Shown: positions 59,167-64,000 of the stretch, one piece after another | How positions within the stretch are numbered: position 1 is the stretch's first letter | How the letters are laid out: each line of letters opens with the position of its first letter | Source of the DNA: Parachlamydiales bacterium | GTDB taxonomy: Bacteria; Chlamydiota; Chlamydiia; Chlamydiales; JAJFMK01 | Assembly (NCBI GenBank): GCA_963765145.1 | Contig: CAVXVG010000024.1 | Coordinates: 1-64,000 of the forward strand | Direction: 5' to 3' | DNA: 64,000 nucleotides | The notes under the pieces: model-generated | The model's database searches: none | Seen by the model: only the letters and a program-made list of their open reading frames with translations | Told to the model about the DNA's origin: nothing | Program-made: the position numbers and the translations under genes

Positions 59167-60530
59167 TGTTGTATCTGTTAATCCCCTTTTTTTTATCGGC
59201 CTTTTCGGCGGTGGTCCGTTTAAGCAAGTCTGTTGCCTTTGTGTTAAGTTTAATTCCGCTCTTTCTATTGCTCTATGGAGTTGAATTGGATGTGTCGTAC
59301 AACTGGTTTCCACCCCTTTCGATCCATTTTCATTTGCACGCAGATGCTTTGTCAAAAGTCTTTCTTTATCTAACTGCTCTTGTGATCCCGTTTAGTATTT
59401 TGGCGGTGAGAAGAGAAAGTCGCCTTTACTTCCCTTTTGTTTTTCTTCTGCAAGGGCTGTTGATCGGTTTTTTCACGGCAAGGGATTTGGTGCTTTTCAC
59501 CCTCTTTTGGGAATCGATCATCTTGCCTCTCTATTTTATCATCAATTTGTGGGGTGGAGATAACCGTAAAAAAGCGGCTATGCAGTTTCTTCTCTACATG
59601 ATTGCAGGTTCTTTCCTGATGGTAGCTGCAGTGCTGTCTGTCTATTTGACGGTGGGCACATTCGACATGGATCAGTTATCGAAAATCACCCCTGCAGCTT
59701 GGGTTGCCTTCGCTTTTTTCTTAGCGTTTGCGGTAAAAACGCCCCTTTTCCCTTTCCATGCTTGGTTGCCGGAGGCCTATACACAAGCTTCTACCTCAGG
59801 TTCAATTCTACTCGCTGCCATCTTGTCGAAAGCCGGTATCTATGGATTCATCCGAATTGGGTTGGAGATTTTTCCACACTATTTGAACGTCTGGAGTTCG
59901 GTGTTGCTTGCCCTGGCCATCGTAGGGGTTTTTTGGGGAGCGCTTGCTGCATGGAGGCAACGAGATTTTAAACGGTTGATTGCCTACTCTAGCTTTTCCC
60001 ACGTGAACTTCATTTTAGTGGGCCTTTTTGTCTGGAACGAAACAGCCGAAGTTGGAAGTGTTCTTCAAGCGTTTAACCATGGCATTACGATCACTGCCCT
60101 CTTTCTGGTGTCTGGGTGGTTAGAAGTCCGATTGGGAACGACTAAGATGGATGGTATCTCCGGAGTGGCAAACTACCTTCCCCAGCTTTGCTGGCTCACA
60201 CTCTTTTTTGTCCTCTCGTCGGTCGCATTACCAGGGATGAATAATTTTGTAGGGGAGTTGCTCATCTTTTTTGGGCTATTTAGCTTCAATAAATGGTTGG
60301 CTGCTCTCTTAAGTATCACTGTCGTCCTGTCTGTCGTCTACATGTTGCGGTGGATGCAGAAGGTTTATTTTCAAGAGGCAACCCCTTTACAACCAACCTA
60401 TAGAGATATCCGCTGGAAGGAATGGCTCATAGCCCTTCCGTTGATCCTGTTGATCCTTTGGGTTGGCCTTTACCCAACACCACTTTTAAAAGAGATTGAG
60501 CCTTATGAATATTTCTCTAGAATGGACTGA
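59166..60530 (+). CDS. nuoM: NADH-quinone oxidoreductase subunit M
   Basis: VKTPLFPFHAWLP, KRLIAYSS and LPGMNNFVGE motifs. Confidence 0.96.
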   Translation: MLYLLIPFFLSAFSAVVRLSKSVAFVLSLIPLFLLLYGVELDVSYNWFPPLSIHFHLHADALSKVFLYLTALVIPFSILAVRRESRLYFPFVFLLQGLLIGFFTARDLVLFTLFWESIILPLYFIINLWGGDNRKKAAMQFLLYMIAGSFLMVAAVLSVYLTVGTFDMDQLSKITPAAWVAFAFFLAFAVKTPLFPFHAWLPEAYTQASTSGSILLAAILSKAGIYGFIRIGLEIFPHYLNVWSSVLLALAIVGVFWGALAAWRQRDFKRLIAYSSFSHVNFILVGLFVWNETAEVGSVLQAFNHGITITALFLVSGWLEVRLGTTKMDGISGVANYLPQLCWLTLFFVLSSVALPGMNNFVGELLIFFGLFSFNKWLAALLSITVVLSVVYMLRWMQKVYFQEATPLQPTYRDIRWKEWLIALPLILLILWVGLYPTPLLKEIEPYEYFSRMD

Positions 60531-61895
60531 CCTTGCAGCCATAAGCCCGCTCTTGATCCTCTTTATCGGTGGATTATTGGTGTTGTTATGTGCCACGTTT
60601 GAGAAGAAGTACATTGAGTGGATCACTTCTGCTGTTCTTGTGCTGGCCATCATGTCTGCTTGGGTGGCTCCTGCGTCTGTTCATCCTTTATTAATCCGTT
60701 GGCTTGCGTTTGATTCCTTGGCCCGTCAATTCACCCTCTTTTTTCTTTCGATTGGGCTTGCAGCTACCTTTCTTGCTTCGTCCTTTTTTAGGACCTTTCC
60801 AACAGTAAAAGGAGAATATTTCTTTTTGCTCCTTTCAGCACTGTTCGGATTGGTTTTAATTGGCTCTTCTGCCGATTTTTTAACCCTTTTTATTGGGATT
60901 GAAACCCTCTCGCTTTCGTTATACGTTCTTTGCGGTTACATGAAGGGGTGGATTTTTTCGGCAGAGTCAGCGATGAAATACTTCTTGTTGGGGTCGCTTG
61001 CGGCAGCTTTTTTATTGTATGGGATTGCCCTTGTTTACGGGGCGACAGGGACGACCCAATTTGCCGCTTTGCAGGGGGCAGCCAAAGATTCAACCCTCTT
61101 TTTAGCAGGCATGGTATTTATTACCTTTGCCCTTTGTTTTGAGATTGCAGCCGTTCCGTTCCATTTTTGGGCTCCTGATGTTTATGCGGGGGCTGCCACA
61201 CCGGTGACGGCCTTTATGGCGGTGGGGACAAAAGTGGGCGCCTTTGCTGCCCTTGTACGTGTGTTTATCGAAACATTGCCCCACTTTGATCCTTTATGGA
61301 GTCAGGGGATGGCCTTGATTGCAGTTTTAACCCTGCTTTATTCAACCTTTTGGCCATTCGACAAACAGAGATGAGGCGATTTTTTGCCTATTCCGGGATT
61401 TCTCATGCGGGCTTTCTGCTTCTGCCTCTTTTAGTCGGCACACCCGAAGCTGAAAAAGCGCTCCTTTACTATCTGGTTGTCTACTCGATCGCAACGCTTG
61501 GTTCTTTTGCCGTGCTCTCGTTTTTAGACAACGAAAAGGGGGTAAACTTAAACAGCGTCAAAGGGCTATTCCGTCGTTCTCCCTGGCTTGCCGCTCTCTT
61601 TTCGCTTTGTCTGATTACTCTTGCGGGCATCCCTCCAACTGTCGGCTTTTTTGCTAAGTTTTATATTTTTAAAATAACCTTTCAGGCTGGCTACACGGCC
61701 CTTGTCATCATCGCCTTGCTTACGACAATTATTTCTGCCTACTACTATCTACGGATCATTGCCTTCATGTTTGCAGATGCACCTGCGGAGTTATCGCCAC
61801 CCACAACACGCTATCCATCTGTTATCGTTGGTGTTATCTCTTTCTTGAGCTTGATATTATTTTCATTTCTTCCATCGTTGATTAGTTTTTATTGA
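60505..61895 (+). CDS. nuoN: NADH-quinone oxidoreductase subunit N (apparent frameshift near 61345)
   Basis: ESAMKYFLLG and PFHFWAPDVY, then AYSGISHAG and LAGIPPTVGFFAK in the next frame. Confidence 0.94.
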
Positions 61896-62062
61896 AATAA
61901 GCATCTGTTAATTCAACATGTTGATTATAAACAAGTCTTTTGATGGCTTGAGAATCTGCTTTTAAATGCTACGGCCGGATATCTATCTATAGTACAGTTG
62001 GAATAATCTCTTGTTAAAAAAATACTTTACATGCAATCTGCGATTTTAACAAGAGAAAGATT

Positions 62063-62959
62063 ATGAACTACCGCAGCCATGGCATGATTTCATTTTTTGG
62101 CTTAAGCATGCTTTTAGGGACACATTTTGTCTCAGCAGAAGACGTCATTATTGTTCCGACAATAAGGCAGACAGAGTCAAGGGGGCTTGGGTATGAACAT
62201 GGATATACAACACTTGAGGTGTTTGCATTTCCAGAGCCTTATACAGACGAGTTTATTCCTTTTGTCGATCTATTAGGGCACCATTTTGATAATGGACGAT
62301 GGGCGGCAGACATCGGTATTGGTTCTAGATATTTCTATTCAAAATGGGACATGGCATTTGGTGGAAACGTTTATTATGACTACCTAGAATCAAAGCATGG
62401 CATTTTTCAACAAATTGGTGTTGGCGCTGAATTGTTAACCGAGTGTTTCAATGTAACAATCAACGGTTACATTCCTGTCGGCAATGGGTTTGGAAAAGAC
62501 AGGACACGTGTTTTTGATAACTTCATTGGTAATTATGTTATCACTCAACATAATCGGCATACCTCGATGAGTGGGATGGATGCAGAAGTTGAGGCTATTC
62601 TTTATCGAAAAGGGTTTTTCGAATTCTGGGGGGCTGCAGGAGTCTACTATCTCACCGATTCTCGTGACTTTTTTGGTCAAAAGCAAAATTGCACCGGGGG
62701 CGAATTTCGCCTTGAAGCTGACTTTGGAGAGTACGTTGCAATAGAGGCTTTGTGTACGACGGACAAAATTTTCCATACCCGTGTTCAGGGAAGAATTTCT
62801 CTTACCGTCCCTTTTGATGTGTTCATACCTGGCACGTGGGACTACTGCTCTCGAGAATGTCAAGATTGTTGCTGGTTGGAAAGGATGTACATGAGACAAC
62901 CTCGTCGTCACGAAATTGTCCCAATAAACGGTCATTGCTGTTACACAACCAATTACTAG
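62063..62959 (+). CDS. Outer-membrane beta-barrel protein (inverse-autotransporter beta-domain-like) with a Cys-rich C-terminus
   Basis: Signal peptide; GIGSRY, FGGNVYYDY, FQQIGVGAE and NGYIPVG motifs. Confidence 0.7.
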   Translation: MNYRSHGMISFFGLSMLLGTHFVSAEDVIIVPTIRQTESRGLGYEHGYTTLEVFAFPEPYTDEFIPFVDLLGHHFDNGRWAADIGIGSRYFYSKWDMAFGGNVYYDYLESKHGIFQQIGVGAELLTECFNVTINGYIPVGNGFGKDRTRVFDNFIGNYVITQHNRHTSMSGMDAEVEAILYRKGFFEFWGAAGVYYLTDSRDFFGQKQNCTGGEFRLEADFGEYVAIEALCTTDKIFHTRVQGRISLTVPFDVFIPGTWDYCSRECQDCCWLERMYMRQPRRHEIVPINGHCCYTTNY

Positions 62960-62973
62960 TTACAGAGGAATGC

Positions 62974-63004
62974 CTTGCCCATGCTCGATAAGAGCACGGG
63001 CAAG
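62974..63004. terminator. Hairpin between convergent genes, related to the GCCCTT/AAGGGC repeat
   Basis: cttgcccatgctc-gataa-gagcacgggcaag. Confidence 0.6.
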
Positions 63005-63017
63005 AGTTTTTACATCG

Positions 63018-64000
63018 TTAAAAATCAACCATTAGAGGCAAATAAACTTCGATGTTTTTTTCGACTCGATCTCGAATGTAATCAGGAATAGCCTCTTTTT
63101 CCAATATCCACTTTGAAGCTAAATACGCCTCTCTCATATGCCCCTCTTGATAAGCACAAAGGGAATAATAGAGTAAGAAATAGTAATCATAAATACCATG
63201 ATCCACAAATAGGGTATCGGTTGTCTTTTTTAAACCGAGCGCAAGTTTGCCTATCCTATATCCTTCAGCAAAGTTCCCATGCTTCCAGTGGTACAACATG
63301 GCGAAGTAAAGAGGTTCTACACGGTTAGGTCTATAGCGGTAGGCAGCTTTATAGGCATTGATGACTTCGTTTTCTTCATGGCCTAACTCTTCTTTTAAAA
63401 GGGCAATTTGTAAAAGAGACCAAAAGACCTCTTGGTCCCACCCACGCATTTTTACTCGCTTTTCGTACGTTTTGATAGCCTCTTCTTTTTCTCCTGCATC
63501 TCTATAGCTTTGGGCAAGGTAAAAAACATATCGATTGTGGTTTGGCTTTGTTTCCAGTGCCTGTTTTAAGACTTCGATGTCTTTCTTAAATTTTTCAGGG
63601 TCTTGAGAGCGTGCTCCTCCACCACCTACAAGGTAGGTGATTCCATTCAGAACATCAGAAGTTTTGCCCCACAGAGGTCCAATGGCTTCGTGTAAAACAT
63701 CTTCCCATCTCCATTCTAGACCTGTTTTGATCAATTCTGGTCTTTTATGTCTCATATTTGCATGCTTGACAGTGATGTAATAAAAGTCTTTATCCATCAC
63801 TTCCGGAAAATAAAAATTGTTGTCTGTTACGTACAAATCATCCGCATCTAAAAACAGGATATAATCTGCCGTACCTTTGGCAAGTTCAAGAGCTTCGTTT
63901 CGATTGTGCTCAAAATTTTTCCACGGCCTTTCGTGCAATTCTCCGGGGATATCTGACATAAAATCTCGTATGATTTCTCGAGTCTCATCGGTTGAGCCTG
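63018..64000 (-). CDS. Family 2 glycosyltransferase with TPR repeats (5' end outside the window)
   Basis: GSTD at the window edge; NFEHNRNEAL, YILFLDAD, LHE and FYLAQSYRD motifs. Confidence 0.88.
   Translation of the reverse strand, partial: GSTDETREIIRDFMSDIPGELHERPWKNFEHNRNEALELAKGTADYILFLDADDLYVTDNNFYFPEVMDKDFYYITVKHANMRHKRPELIKTGLEWRWEDVLHEAIGPLWGKTSDVLNGITYLVGGGGARSQDPEKFKKDIEVLKQALETKPNHNRYVFYLAQSYRDAGEKEEAIKTYEKRVKMRGWDQEVFWSLLQIALLKEELGHEENEVINAYKAAYRYRPNRVEPLYFAMLYHWKHGNFAEGYRIGKLALGLKKTTDTLFVDHGIYDYYFLLYYSLCAYQEGHMREAYLASKWILEKEAIPDYIRDRVEKNIEVYLPLMVDF

Noticed and set aside
53880..61360. Pseudogenisation or programmed frameshifting of nuoI and nuoN
   Set aside because: These are single-base shifts at or near short homopolymers in an assembly with many indel errors, and the remaining subunits are intact.

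Overview
Bacterial DNA, most likely from an environmental chlamydia (Chlamydiota; inferred from the Cys-rich porins, SycD-like TPR, Inc-like hydrophobic hairpins, and F-box and MYND-SET effectors). The window has five parts. (1) Bases 1-18858 form one giant inverted duplication folding at about 9450-9466; this is probably a long-read fold-back or assembly artefact, although the arms carry real allelic differences. (2) A dus-brnQ 'slot' holds two unrelated effector-like genes separated by a brnQ-5'/dus-3' junction duplication. (3) A signal-peptide-bearing RHS protein with a C-terminal HSQG hydrolase domain is followed by a 652-bp-period array of four putative immunity paralogues, each followed by a REPIN-like hairpin showing compensatory changes. 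(4) An Mrp-DUF971 gene precedes a complete nuoA-N operon that is interrupted twice. Between nuoE and nuoF lies a 13-kb island (AbiE toxin-antitoxin pair, 1590-aa LVIVD/cadherin-like protein, MYND-SET protein, ATPase, F-box protein) in which several gene junctions carry copies of a motif shared by the nuoA and nuoF upstream regions. Between nuoK and nuoL lie a deleted IS66 and a Y1 transposase flanked by long inverted repeats. (5) A beta-barrel gene and a GT2-TPR gene close the window. All calls come from reading the sequence and recalling motifs; no database searches were run.
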